The translations under genes and the position numbers were made by a program. The notes below the pieces were generated by a model, which saw nothing but the letters and a program-made list of their open reading frames with translations, made no database searches and was not told where the DNA came from. Positions 1-12,792 of a DNA stretch of 64,000 nt are shown in pieces. Source of the stretch: Entomortierella parvispora E1425 (Eukaryota > Fungi > Mortierellomycota); contig BQFW01000004.1 in NCBI GenBank assembly GCA_020891255.1, positions 806,001-870,000 of the forward strand, read 5' to 3'. The stretch's first letter is position 1. Each line of letters starts with the position of its first letter.

Positions 1-3000
1 TCTGTGAGGGGGACGCCTGTTGACCCATGTGCAAACCAGAGAAGTTGTTCTCACTGCCATGGCTGTCCAATTCATCCGCCCTTGGTCGACCGTCATGTTG
101 CCGACGTGATTGCTTCTCCATTGGCTGACCGTCCTTTGAAGTTCTGTAGTAGGCCTGGGCTGCAAAGCCCAAAAACTCTAGTGGCATCTTGTATGGATAT
201 AAGTTCTCGGCCCCAATCGATTCGTAGTCCTTCCAGATTTGGAGGACCAACGCCCAATTCTTTCGACCTGTAAAAGCCTGGAGAAGGATACTGATTGTCA
301 CAAGGTCCAGTCCAGGCAGAGTAAGCATCGACGTGAACGAAGAGGACGGGTGCGACGGCGATGGCGATGATGAAGCATGAGAAGTGCTCTCCCGCGCAAG
401 ACTGTTCCTGGTTACGATCAACATTTTTGCATACATGTTCAAGACCGATCCATCGTAACGTCGTCCAAGCTCTGGCGCCAAAAGCCCATTCAACAGTGCA
501 CCACAGTTCGCCGTGCTCAGCTGAAGTCCATCAACCCCTCGCCAAAGTACGTTCCGGAAAAAGTCGATGGCTACGCTGGGTCGTCCCAGACGGAAGTAAG
601 CTGAAAGTACAGTCGTGATCTCGGCCTGGTTCATGGGTTTCCCGTCCGAGTTGCGTTGAATGATTTCCAGGATACATTCCAAAGCCTCCACCTGAGAAGA
701 GAATGGCATCACCGATCCATCGGAGGTCATAGCAGCGGCTGAGGCAGAACGTCTTTTTCGACGATCACCATTGCTGGCAAGCCACTTTTCTCTACTTCTG
801 GTCTTCACGATTTCTCGACTCAATGCGTTGGCCAGGATTGTATATGTGACCTCATCGGGCTCCAGTCCCTTGCCTCTCATAATTTCAAAGAAGTCCAATG
901 CCATACAAGGCTGATCCGATTTTTGGGCAAGCTGCATCAACGCGTGGAGTCCATGTCGATCCATTTGGAACTGGGTGCCATGGATCTGTTGCATCGAGTT
1001 GGCGAAGTCCTGTGCAGTCTTGATCTGCTGCAAATTAGAGAATCCCTTGATCAAGGTCGTGAAGGTGATCGAATCCGGCTCCACCCCATATTTGGTCATC
1101 TTGCGGAACAACTCGACGGCCTTGTCCATCTCCTCAATCACCGTGAAGCCCTCCATAAGCGAGTTGAATGCAAACGCATTGGGCATGATCCCTGACTTGA
1201 CCATCTCATGAAAAACCATCTCTGCCTGCTCGATATCCCTCAGGAGCACATATTGGTGGATCAACTTTCCGTATGTCACTACATCCGGTTTGACTCCTCT
1301 CGAGTTCATCTCTGTGAGCAAAGATTCAATCTTAGGGACAAATTCCTCGATCTGGTCCTTCAGCACGGCCTGGTGGTCTCCTTTCCATCGAGTATTTCCA
1401 GGTTTGGGCGACAGCTTGCTTGTGATCACATCCAACAGAGTGTTGTATGTCCAGACGTCCGGCTCTACGCCTTCCTCTAGCATCCGAGAGTAAAGTTGCA
1501 TCGCACCTTCCATGTTGCCAGAGTACTTTGCAGAGTTCATCATGATGTGGAAGGTGATATTGGTGGGCGAGATCCCTTGTTGCTGCATGAGATCTGTCAT
1601 CTCCCGAACCTTGTCATAGTCCTTTCTCAATAGGTATACTTGGATCAACGGATTGATGCTTCCATCGACCAGCGCAAGGCCATCCGCGATGATCCTGTCC
1701 AACACCTTGCGCGCCTTCTCGGCCTGACCTTCACTTGCGTATTGTGTCAAAAACACATGGTAGATTGACAGAGGGATCGGGAACTTGTTTTCCTCTATCA
1801 GTTCTCTAAGAACCCTGAGAGCGTCTGGCATTCGTCCATTCGTTGCCAAAGTTTGGAGCAAAATGCGGTACGCCTCCGGTCCTGGGTGGAGATGCGATTG
1901 AGGACTTTCCATCAGCCTGTGAAAAAGTTCCAAGACCCTGTCCACTTGGCCCTGCTTCTGAAAAGATCTCAAAAGAATTCGATAGGTCTTTGCGTTCGGT
2001 GCTAGTCCGTATTCGTCCAGTCCCTTGTAGAATCCATTCACAAGGTCGACTTCGCCCAACTGAAGGTAGCCCGACATCAACATATTGAAGGTATCAATAT
2101 CGGGCTTGTGCTCTGAAAGCAGCAAGCCTTCCAAAACGCGCTGGGCTGATCGGGTATCCTTGTTGTCAAGGTGTCCTTTGAGTAGAATATTGTAGCTCGA
2201 CAGGCGAGGTTCACATCCGGGCTGCTCCTGCATTTCTCGGAAGACCCGCATGGCCGACGTCGTATCCTTGCGACGAAGGTAGGCTTCCAGGACTGAGTCA
2301 TATGCGCTAGTGGTGGGCTTTAAAAATTCTGTTGGATTTGACTTTAGATATTCCAGGCACTGAACGATAGGTTCGACCTGACCAGTATTGCCGAGGACTC
2401 TCATCAGACTCTGGTATTGTTCCTGTGCATCCTTGGGCGAAAGGGGAGATCCGTCAATTGGAGACACAATCTTGGCCTTAAATTTGGCGATCCAATCTGG
2501 AAAGCAGTGCTGCTGCTTCCAGAAGGTCAGGGTATCCAGCAACGCAGTGTACATCTTGACGTTCGAAGTTGGGAGTCCAATAGCTCGGTGGTAATCCTCG
2601 AAAAGTCGATCCAGTCGAGGCAGCCCTTCCTCTGGAGAATTTGAAGATACTTTCAGGCACCCAACGAATCGCAAAAAGTCTGTCAGAACAAAGACTGCAT
2701 CCTCTGGAGAGTCCCTGATGTCCTTTAATTTCCAGCGCCGGGCCTTGGTAACCTGCTTGTATATTGCCCACCACCGCGCGACTGGCTCTCGTTCATAAAC
2801 AGACTTTCGCAAAGCTTCCTCGTAATTTGTTCCTGCACTCATGTGGCTCTTTCTCCACGGGGCCACATGCCGCTGGTTTGCAGATGTATTCCCAGGAAAG
2901 AGGGCTCGGAAATCAGAGGAGGGAGAATGGTCTGCAGAGTCGGGAGCGATGGAGTTGGAGTCCAGGGTTGAGGACGAGGATGTCGGCTCTGCGGACGTGG

Positions 3001-3541
3001 TAGCGGAGGACTGCATGTGTAACATGGGGCTGGTTTCACCGTCCAATTCGGACGATGCAGTGGAGGCCGAAGAGGTTGAAATGTTTCTGCTGAGCATGAG
3101 TCCGCCCTGGATCCCCCGACTGCTTAGCAACACCCGGCGATCTACTGTCGGCACCAGATCACTGCCCTGTTGTTGTCGTGAGCATGAGAGGCTGAACCCA
3201 TTCTCAGAAGCTGTGAGGACAATTGTACTCCTAGACGACTCTCCTGCTGTGCCAAGCTCTTGCTTGGCTGACCGCGGTAGAGAGCCGGAGTGGATTCCCG
3301 AGCGATTTAAAAATCCCCCTCCGCGTTGATGCTGCTGCTGGTGTATCCGAGTATTGACAATTGTACTGGAGCTGCCAATACCTCGATGTTGTATGCTAGA
3401 TCTCGAGCTCGGGACCCGAGACAAGGGTGTCCGCTGTGGTATCCGAGGTGGCAGAGGCTCTGATAAGAACAACCGAAAGTCGCAAAAGAAACACGACGTG
3501 GACGAGGAGCTGGTCCAGATCTGTCGCGTTGTCTTGTGCAT
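1..3541 (-). CDS. Pentatricopeptide-repeat (PPR) protein, probably mitochondrial; 3' end runs off the window (>1180 aa)
   Basis: Manual minus-strand translation from ATG 3541 (MHKTTRQIWTSSSSTSCFFCDFRLF). The same frame at ~1558 and ~958 gives PPR motifs (ITFHIMMNSAKYSGNMEGA; ALDFFEIMRGKGLEPDEVTYTILANAL) and is still open at base 1. It is absent from the ORF track because no stop lies in the window. Confidence 0.88.
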   Translation of the reverse strand, partial: MHKTTRQIWTSSSSTSCFFCDFRLFLSEPLPPRIPQRTPLSRVPSSRSSIQHRGIGSSSTIVNTRIHQQQHQRGGGFLNRSGIHSGSLPRSAKQELGTAGESSRSTIVLTASENGFSLSCSRQQQGSDLVPTVDRRVLLSSRGIQGGLMLSRNISTSSASTASSELDGETSPMLHMQSSATTSAEPTSSSSTLDSNSIAPDSADHSPSSDFRALFPGNTSANQRHVAPWRKSHMSAGTNYEEALRKSVYEREPVARWWAIYKQVTKARRWKLKDIRDSPEDAVFVLTDFLRFVGCLKVSSNSPEEGLPRLDRLFEDYHRAIGLPTSNVKMYTALLDTLTFWKQQHCFPDWIAKFKAKIVSPIDGSPLSPKDAQEQYQSLMRVLGNTGQVEPIVQCLEYLKSNPTEFLKPTTSAYDSVLEAYLRRKDTTSAMRVFREMQEQPGCEPRLSSYNILLKGHLDNKDTRSAQRVLEGLLLSEHKPDIDTFNMLMSGYLQLGEVDLVNGFYKGLDEYGLAPNAKTYRILLRSFQKQGQVDRVLELFHRLMESPQSHLHPGPEAYRILLQTLATNGRMPDALRVLRELIEENKFPIPLSIYHVFLTQYASEGQAEKARKVLDRIIADGLALVDGSINPLIQVYLLRKDYDKVREMTDLMQQQGISPTNITFHIMMNSAKYSGNMEGAMQLYSRMLEEGVEPDVWTYNTLLDVITSKLSPKPGNTRWKGDHQAVLKDQIEEFVPKIESLLTEMNSRGVKPDVVTYGKLIHQYVLLRDIEQAEMVFHEMVKSGIMPNAFAFNSLMEGFTVIEEMDKAVELFRKMTKYGVEPDSITFTTLIKGFSNLQQIKTAQDFANSMQQIHGTQFQMDRHGLHALMQLAQKSDQPCMALDFFEIMRGKGLEPDEVTYTILANALSREIVKTRSREKWLASNGDRRKRRSASAAAMTSDGSVMPFSSQVEALECILEIIQRNSDGKPMNQAEITTVLSAYFRLGRPSVAIDFFRNVLWRGVDGLQLSTANCGALLNGLLAPELGRRYDGSVLNMYAKMLIVTRNSLARESTSHASSSPSPSHPSSSFTSMLTLPGLDLVTISILLQAFTGRKNWALVLQIWKDYESIGAENLYPYKMPLEFLGFAAQAYYRTSKDGQPMEKQSRRQHDGRPRADELDSHGSENNFSGLHMGQQASPSQ

Positions 3542-4021
3542 CGCGAGAGAAGTTCTCTGGAGACCGTCTTCTAGTTGTTTGAGAGGTTTAATGAGGATGG
3601 GTTGTCAGTGCGGTGCAAAGCAGCGGTTGGTACAATCATTCGCAGTTGCACTGGTCAGGGGCTTCCGGAGAAAGATGCATTCAAATTACAATTTAAAAAT
3701 CGAGGGTCTTCGGATGACGGTTTTGAAAAATCCGGGATCAGAGGAAAGAGGATGATGGTAGGGGAATATGGGGGTGAAGAAGGAGAGGCGGGTCTGCACG
3801 GACCCAAGACGAAAGAGGTGCTGGTAAAGATGGATGGATGAATGGGAGTGAGGAAGGTGTCTGTCTGTTTGAATGGAGGTGGTTCCTGAGGGTGATCTCG
3901 CTCTGGTCTCGTTCGTGTTTTTGTGTTTTCGGGAAAGAGAAAGTGTGACTGTGGAATGTTTTACCGCCTCTTTCTTTCTTTTTTCTTTCTGTCTAATTGG
4001 TATCTCTACATCGGCGGTGTA

Positions 4022-7000
4022 TTACTTTTCCACCATGGACAGCGACAGGATACGTGCTAGCAGCGTATCCTCATCCTCAATCTCATCTTGGCCTGCTGGC
4101 GTTGGATATCGCTTGATAATTGCAGGCGCCTTAGCACTCACAGGGGACGACGAGGTCGAGTGGGTCACGCCAGGTCCAGAAGAGGTGTCTTTGCTTGCTC
4201 GAGCAACCATTGACCACATCATCGGTGCCTTCTTTGCAGGCTGCTCCTTTTCTACTGTCTCTGCTTTGTCTTTGCCTTTGTTCAAAGTAGTCCTGTTCGT
4301 TGGCATTTCAGCGATCGGGAGATTTGAAGCAGCTGACTTCCCGATACTGGGCCATGCCTCGGAAGATCCATTTGAGGTTTGTGCCTTGACTTCTGAGAAA
4401 TCGGCCTCTTCAAGTTCGTCAAGGATAGACTGAACAATGGCCCGATCCTCTTGCTCCGCGTTCCCATTGAGACCAGCGCTATCCACATCAACCACTTGAC
4501 TAGCATCCCAGTCGGATGGCCTAAAAGCGTGGTCGAGTTCTGATCCATTGCCCTGACCATGTTCGAGACAGTGGCTGTGATCAAAGTCATGATCATGGCC
4601 ATGGCCATGGTGACTGTCGACCGGGTCCATATCCAACATACTCATCTCGATCGCTCGCTGAACCAGATCCTCTTCCTCCTGTCTCTCTTGCTCGCTAACG
4701 AGGCCATCCAGGTATTCCCCTTCTCCAGAAGCAGGTCTTTCATACCGATCTGAACTGGAAGATGGTCCAGCTTCTTCAAATTGTTCTTGAATTCGCCGTA
4801 TCGCTTCTTCTTGCTCTTCACGTTCCAAGTCTTGCAATCTCTGGATCTCCAAAATTTCTTGTGTAGAAACGTCGTCCTTTTGTTGCTCCTCCTGGTCCTT
4901 GGAGAGGAGCATCACATACTCGATCAGCTCCTCATCCGTCATGTCGTCCATGTTCAATCCCTCAAGGTTATTATACCGCCGCTGAAGTTGATCATGGCGC
5001 TCCTTGACTTGATCCCGTAGCCTGCTCAGCGACTGTGTCTCTTCTAGACTATGACGGATATCGTTCTGGATCTTGTTCTTAGGTCCACCGCTATAGTGCA
5101 CAGCTCGCTTATTGGCAGCTCCATAGCCCTTTTTCATCCTTTCTTTAGCCAAATTGGCCTCAGGTGAAAAGTCCCAGCTTCGAATCACGCCTCCAAGAGA
5201 AGCTACTCCTCGACATTGGATACTGTTGAAGGTCACTCCAGTGACAGCCGCAGTCGTCATTTCTGTCAGCTCCCTTCCACGGATATGTCTAAAGAAACAA
5301 AAGATACGCAGGGTTAAAACCAAGGACTGAAGTTGACAAAGCTCTAGAAACACAAATCGATTGTTCGTTTTTTTTACCCGCTGTTGAGAACGCAAACTAG
5401 GTGACCGTTGACTGGGTTCCATGTTTTCACCCATCCATCGGCGCTATGATATGAGAGAAAATCTGGTAAATGGTAGCTCAAGTCATCAGAGTGAATCGAA
5501 TAAAAGTTCAGCTTACCTCCCAGAAATGATCAATAACTTGTCTACAAACAAGCTGGTAACTTTGGTTTCGTGTCCCTTGAGAACACAGGTAGGGTCAAGA
5601 GTTCGCTCCTCTTTGCTAGTATGACCTGGATGGAAGGCTGTCTTGGCTCGCTTCAAGATATCAGTCATATACCACAGACAGATATTGCCAGTCTGATCCC
5701 CTGTGGCCAGCAGACTCGACATCCCATCTTGCCTCGTCAGGACATGGGAGCCTGGCAGCTTGGAGCCGTGATTGGAGGACGAGATCATCGGCTTTTCAAA
5801 CTTTGGAATATCCCAGTGCACCGCCGTGATGGGAGAAAAGTGTGCCGGACTCTTCAATGTCGCAAGCAACTCCAAGGTCTCGAGACTGTAGAGATGCATC
5901 ACATGAGCGTCGCTTGCTTGAGCCAGAATCAGGCCCGAATGTCCCATTCCAAAGTCAACCTCCAAAAACGCCACGCCTTTGAACTCCTCTGGAAGCTCAA
6001 TCACCTTTGGAAGTTTCGGAACAGGCAGCATTTCAGACAGTAGAGCAGGGTCAGGTGCTTGGATGTTCTCCGTGGAGGAATTCCGTACTGGGGATGATAC
6101 ACCAGAGGACGGTGCGGTAGGAGGCATGATAAGAGAAGAGATATCAACCTCCCACACATAGATCTCTCCGGCCGACGTGCCAGCGACAATACGGGATCCA
6201 GGCTCGCAACAGATGTGGGTGATCTTTGTCGTCGCGTTTCCCACTAAGTTCAACCCCGTACGGAACTCTCGTATGCATCGCGCTCTGGAGACGTCCCAGA
6301 GCTTTACTACGCCGTCTACTCCACCAGTAAGGGCAAATCCAAGTTGGTTGGGGACCAGTTTTACGCAGGAAACGGGCCCATTATGGAAGCCAGTAAAAGT
6401 CTGGAAAGTTTGACCCGCGGCTGCATATGCTAGCGTGGTTAAACAAACCTGACCTGTATTCAGGCCCCACAGCACGCGGTGTCTGAGGACAAGGTGGGTC
6501 GAAGAAAGGTTAGATACTGATAGAGCACTCTGAGAAGCTGCTTGGAAATTAAAAAGACAGAACTCCTACCGATCCATTGTCATCACTGTAACTTCTGCGT
6601 TAACAAGGTGAACCATACGGAAGACAGCATCTTTCTGGACTTTTCCTAAGAGAGGATCACATCTCGCAACCACGCCTAGAATGCGTTCGAATAAAATTTT
6701 AGAATCCGGTCGAAATATTTGCCCACAGGGACCAACCATGTTACCCAGTCCAAATACCTTGTGCGAGACCTCCAGCCAAAAACCAGCCCTCATTCGGTCT
6801 GTTGTCAAGTTCAGTCCAGAGTTTGGATATTTGACCGATTTGTGGATTGATGGTAACGTTTGATCCGCGTCCTTTCTCCCATCGCCGCAGGAGACGGGTT
6901 CGTTTAATATATTCGCCTCTCCAACTCTTAGGATCCAATCTCTTGAAGGGAAGTGAGACCCCAAAGAACTTGATGAACGCCCCCTTCCAACAAGAGTCTG

Positions 7001-7999
7001 CATTCACGACGTGATAGAGTAATTGGCAGACAACCGACACGTTGAACTACACAGTCGAAAACAAAAAGAAAAAAATTGGAGCAACATGGTCAGTGCCCTA
7101 CACCGCGTGATAAGATAACTGGTTGACAAACAAAGTAGCAAATTGCTGGCTGCCCCTCGTACCAGATCGATGGGCTTGAGATATGACAAGATATGTGTAA
7201 GCAACTCCACAGGCAGGGTACAAATGATGTTTTCCCTTTGTCAACGCGCAAAATAACAGTATTAGTTACAAATGTCTGCATTCAAAGACCACATTTTTTG
7301 CAGCGATGGGGGTTATAGAGTCGCTCACCCTGTTCCATTGATAGACTTTGAAGCTAGACGTTGTTCCCGGGCAGCCTGTGCAGCCTGCCATGATTGAGCA
7401 TTTGTATAGGAGTGAACGATTGAAGACGCCAGCTCTGGTCTATAGGTCCCAAGTCGTCTCAATTTTTCTGCCGCAGCCGGTGATCCATGATCCGTGACAG
7501 ATGAGCTAGTGGAGGCCGAGGCGGCAGCAGATCGAGAAGCACTGGAGGCAGCAGCAGCATTTGCCATCTGGGCATTATAATGGGCCAGAGCCCAGCGCTC
7601 CCGTCGGTCTCTCCTTTTAGCCGATCCTGGTTTTTGAAAGATATTGTAACGATAGTGCTGCTGCCGTGGGGAATAGGGTTGACGGGGAAGTGTCTGGATG
7701 TTGTTGACGGTCGATTGACGCTCCCACTCTATCCAGCTCTGTTCAATGAGGAGATTTTGTTCATAATGGCGCTCCAAATCTTCTTGTGGGTCGTAGTAGT
7801 CTCCTTCCTCCTCCCCGTCTTCATCATCATCATCATCGTCGTATTCCTCGTTTAGGTCGTCATCCTGACCCTGCAAGACCTGGGGCTCCTGCTGACTAGA
7901 GAGGTCTGCGTTGAACTGGACATTGGTCTCTGCTGAGTGCAGCTCCTGGGCATTTGGGTCCTGCATGTTAGCTTGGATGGGCTGATCGTGGTTCGACAT
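4022..7999 (-). CDS. F-box/WD40-repeat protein with C-terminal UIM-like motifs (Pof10-like), multi-exon
   Basis: F-box segment ELLTHILSYLKPIDL (~7200); WD40 repeats (FTGFHNGPVSCV..GGVDGVVKLWD; LKGHETKVTSL..SADGWVKTWN); UIM-like MTDEELIEYVMLLS, EEEDLVQRAIEMSM, EDEDTLLARILSLSMVEK*. Start MSNHDQ at 7999. Confidence 0.85.
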
Positions 8000-8204
8000 T
8001 GTGGGTGAATGGAAGTGAAAAAAAAAGGATTCAACGTTTTTTTTTTCCTTTTTTTTATTGCACCCCAATGCCGCAGTAAAGCCGACTGGACACGCAGCAA
8101 TCGCGCGCAAATGAAATCGAGCGGAGTGACCGCTCAGTTTCGCCTTCGCTTTCTTTCCTGAAAGATCAACCTTGCGATCCCTCTCTCATTCACAGGAACA
8201 GACT

Positions 8205-9725
8205 ATGGCTGCTGGCAAGAGGAACACCAACAGGAGGCAACAGTATGCAGTCCCATTCCCTTTGCATTTCCTGCAAGAAGAGCTCGCTCTACAGCATCAA
8301 CATCAGCTATTGTCCCGACAGCCTCATGACCAAAGGCCCCAAGTGCATGCACCCTCAACTCCCTCCATTCCAAAGAAGCCATCGCACATCCATGACCAGC
8401 ATTGGTCGCCTATTGATCCTCTCCTCGAGGCAATTCGAGTCCTTTACGAGTGGAGCAAAGGCCTCTCGCATTCCAAACGCAATCGAGCTCAATTGACTCT
8501 TATTCCAGCTGAATTCCATCCTCGAGGAGATGCCGTCTGGGTTGTCAGGAGTGAAGACATAAAGATTCTCTTTCAGCAGGGTTTCTTTGGCAAAGGCACC
8601 CTTTCACGGAGTGAACCGACCTGGAAGCAGAGAACAACAGCAGAAAATGGCGGCGATCAAGGTATGCAAAACAAAAAAAGAGAGAAGCATCAAACAGTCA
8701 ACTAAGATTTTGCCACTAATTTTTTATAGGTCTTTCGCTGGAAGAGATTACAAGGAAGAGACGAATCGAGCGTGCGCAGCTAAAGAAAGAAAAGCAATCG
8801 AGTCCACAGACCATGGCTGGCAGCTCGATCCAAGCCATACCTGCCGGCTCCAAGGGATCCCCAAAGCCTATTCATGCAACAGCGGCAACTTTATCGCTTA
8901 CCAACAATATACCTAGCCAACAAAGTCATCTGGAAGACGATGAAGACTACGAGCACCTTCAGCTTTCATTTGAAGAGGCGTTCTTTTTAGTATTCGCTGT
9001 TGAATGCATTTCAGTGACCCCGTCGGGTCAATCTGCGGTTCCCATGACGATCCAGGAATGCTGGCTTCGGTTTGCGCAAAGCTCTTTGGAGTGGACCAAT
9101 ACCAACGAATCTTCATTGCAGACACGACGCATGTCCAATAGTAGTGGGAGTTTTCAATGGAGAGCGGACAATCCTTTTATTGTCCGCTACGTTGCCTATC
9201 ACTACTTTCGTAGCCAAGGATGGATCGTTAAAGATGGACTGAAATATGGAACCGACTTTCTGCTCTATCGGAAAGGAATGGTGTTTGGACATTCACAGTA
9301 TGCCGTCAAGGTGATACCTTGTGCAAGTCTTGATGCAGTGGAGCAAGAGATGGAGCAACAAGTAGGCGACATGTTGTTACCAAGTGCATTTTTAACTCCA
9401 ACACCAGGCCTTGGTCAGCCGCATGTTGTATACTCGTGGCAGTGGCTGCTTACCTTGAATAGGGTCGTAGCACAAGTTCAAAAGGTAGATCATGTTGGCT
9501 TTTGTGTGCAACCAGAACTGTTTTGGACGATCTGGACTCTGACGAGACAATTTGGCTAATATGATAACTAAACCTCAATTTAATTAGACCGTTCTGCTGT
9601 GCTACGTGGTGTTGCCGAGAGATGCGCAAGCGATTCAACTCTCACATCCCCATCTGGCTCTACCCCTTTATCAAATCACTGAAGTTGTTATTAAACGCTT
9701 CATACCCGAGAAAAATCGGGCATGA
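8205..9725 (+). CDS. SEN2: tRNA-splicing endonuclease catalytic subunit Sen2
   Basis: LFQQGFFGKGTLSRSEPTW; EHLQLSFEEAFFL; YVAYHYFRSQGWIVKDGLKYGTDFLLYRKG..GHS. Last exon TVLLCYV...KRFIPEKNRA* ends at TGA 9723-9725. Introns at ~8661-8729 and ~9484-9587. Confidence 0.92.
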
Positions 9726-9832
9726 GGGGGCAACAGTTTTGTCATGTCTTTAGAATGGGTGATTTAATGGAATGCTTGCCGTACGGGGCATGGATTATGA
9801 AACAAAAATAAGAAAATGGGCAATGAAGAGAT

Positions 9833-11350
9833 CTACAACTTGCTCTTGGCGCCAATGACACCAAGTTCGCGACCAATCTCAATGAAGGCGTCAGCGGCCT
9901 GGCGAATTTGAGCCTCAGTGTGAGCAGCAGAGAGCTGGACGCGAATACGGGCCTCGCCCTTAGGGACCACAGGGTATGAGAAGCCAACAACGTAGATGCC
10001 GCGCTGGAGCATCTTGTCGGCAAACTGGGAGGCAAGACGGGCATCACCCAACATGACGGGAGAAATGGGGTGGTTATCGCCCTTGATGGTGAATCCAGCA
10101 TCGGTGAGGAGCTTGCGGAACAACTTGGTGTTGCCCCAAAGCTGGTCAAACAGACCATTGGTCTTGGCACCCTCGATCAGATCCAAGGCAGCGCTGGCAG
10201 ATCCAACGACTGCTGGGGGCAAACTGTTCGAGAAGAGGTAAGGGCGGGAGCGGTTGCGAAGCAAGTCAATCATCTCCTTGCAACCAGTAGTGTATCCACC
10301 GGCGGCACCACCGAGAGCCTTTCCGAGAGTGGAGTTAACAATATGGACACGGTCCTGGACACCAAAGTACTCAGCGGTACCACGACCGTTGGGTCCCAAG
10401 AAGCCGGTCGAGTGGCAATCATCGATAAAGATCAAAGCGTTGTACTTTTCAGCGATATCACAGATCTTGTCCAAGGGGGCAATCTTGCCATCCATGCTGA
10501 AGACACCATCCGTGGCAATCAACTTCATACGGGCACCAGCCTTATCGGCCTCCTGAAGACGAGCCTCAAGATCTAGTAAAAGGTTGGAGTTTAGACACGT
10601 GGCTTCAAGGGCGGCAAGAAAGATCTACAGGAGCTTATCATTCATCTCACCAGCCATGTCGCAGTTCTTGTAACGGAAACGCTTGGCCTTGCAGAGACGA
10701 ATTCCGTCAATAATACTGGCGTGGTTCAAAGCATCCGAGATAACAGCATCCTGGTCTGTGAGGATGGTCTCAAAGATTCCAGCATTGGCATCAAAGCAAG
10801 AGGCGTAAAGGATGGTATCCTCAGTGCCGTAGAACTTTGTGATTTTGTTCTCAAGGTCCTTGTGAATGTTCTAGAGATGACGTGGGTATTGTCAGGAGGG
10901 TACTCATTTTGGTGTGTGTAATATTACTCCTGTCGATCTGACTTTCATCCAAGTAAACAAAGCTAAAAAAAAAAAGAAAAAAAGTACCTGAGTTCCGCAG
11001 ATGAAGCGAACACTGCTCAAGCCAGAGCCGTGAGTATCGAGGTACTTCTTGGAGCGAGCAATGACCTCGGGGTGGTCAGCAAGCCCGAGGTAGTTGTTGG
11101 CGCAGAAGTTGATCTGGTTGGACTCTTGTCCATCCTGGCCAGCAACACGGATAGCACTGTTCTGGGGCGAGGTGATGATGCGTTCGGATTTGTAGGTACC
11201 AGCAGCCTTGATCGACTCGATCTCAGACTTGAGGATGTTGTTGAACTGGGACTGAGCCTTGGTGGAGGACATGTTTCTGGAAGACGTAGCAGAGAGGACG
11301 AGACGACGGGAGAAGTTCAAGCTGGAAGGCGAGGCGAGACGGCGAAGCAT
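9833..11350 (-). CDS. GCAT: 2-amino-3-ketobutyrate CoA ligase (glycine C-acetyltransferase), mitochondrial
   Basis: Presequence-like [16 protein letters not shown]; [17 protein letters not shown]; SVRFICGTQ; TDGVFSMDG; DDCHSTG; PLP-lysine region [14 protein letters not shown]; SRPYLFSN; [18 protein letters not shown]. Confidence 0.92.
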
Positions 11351-12792
11351 GCTAGGAATGAATTGAGAGTGGAGAGAAGAGGAGAGAGGGATCGAGGAAA
11401 ACAAGGCAGGGAACGGCGAAGAATGAATCGAGGGGATGGAATAAAAGGAGGAAATGGAAGAGGAAAGCAAATGAAACGAATCGCGTCTTGTCTTGTCTGA
11501 GTGAGGTGAACGGAAAGGGGTCAAGGAGGAGGAGAGTCCAAAAAAAAAAAAAAAAAAAATCAACATTCCCACGCCTTCAAGATAACAGACCCAACAAATG
11601 TCCACGTGACCAAATCTACGAAGTTGGTGGCGTCAGACGGATCTTCACAGACAGGACAGAGTGCGATCTGCTCGGGGAATATAGTTGACAGCCCTCATGG
11701 ATACAATGAGAAGGTAAGCGTGACATCCTCGTCATCCGAAGCAGGGTATCAGGGTATCATTGTTGACTATGCGTTCAAGAATGAAGGCGTTGTAGCGTGG
11801 CAGCAAGACGATGTCACGAATTGGTCTTGATTATTAACGCGCAATGCGAGTATGGAAGACAACTTTGGAAAAACGCGCGTGCAGAGGGTTGTGACATATG
11901 CCATCATGTTGAGATTCTGCCAAGGAACACCTAGAACCGGTTGGCATCCCGGTTCCTGATCTCTCTTTTCTTTTTTACTTTTCTGGTTCCACAAATGAAA
12001 GAGTCAGAGCACAACAGCACCCAGGACCAATCACTCGTACTTGTCGCTTTGCTGGTCCTTTCTCCTGCGGCATCTCTCCACTCGCCCCCGTCCTCTTTCT
12101 CGTGTTTGTCATTGCAGTGCCCTCAATTATCTCAAGGCCGACGGTCGCACAGAAAGGGTGGATAGTTCTTTCTCGTTGGTGGTCTCGCTCTTCCAACAGG
12201 TGCCGTCCGGTTTTTTAGATTCTCTGTCTGTCTTCAAGTGAGCCCTTGTCGAGATGAATAAAATGAGCAGTCAAAGAACAACTGACCGATTGCCAGGTCG
12301 GCTTCTCTCTTGTTGTTCATAAGAGTGTCTATGGACGCACCTGAAGGCAAAGCACGGTGGAAAGGTGCGTGATGTTCGACATTTTGGATCAACATCTCTA
12401 GCATTTGTTTATCCCTGCTAAAGCGAACGCTAGTCTATGCTCCACAACACGACTCCTCCACAACATCCGACATCTCCACAAAGCACACACCAACATGTGG
12501 GCCATCAACTAAAACAAGCAGGAAAACTGGGAAAACTGGCAACCGCTCCACATGCACACACAGACTTGGGCCAGGGCGCAAAAATCGGTTGAGGGCTCAA
12601 ATGTTTGTTTGTTGGTTCCGTTTCTTTTTTGTCCGTCGTCTTGTTGCTCCCCTCTTCCTTCCGCTCTTTCTTTCTCTTTCTTCCTGCTTTCATCCATCCT
12701 TCCTAGATTGATAACCCGCATCTGCATTTCACCTTTCTCTCCTTCTCATCTCATCTCATCGCCTCTTCACTTTTGTACAATCTCGGGATAAA

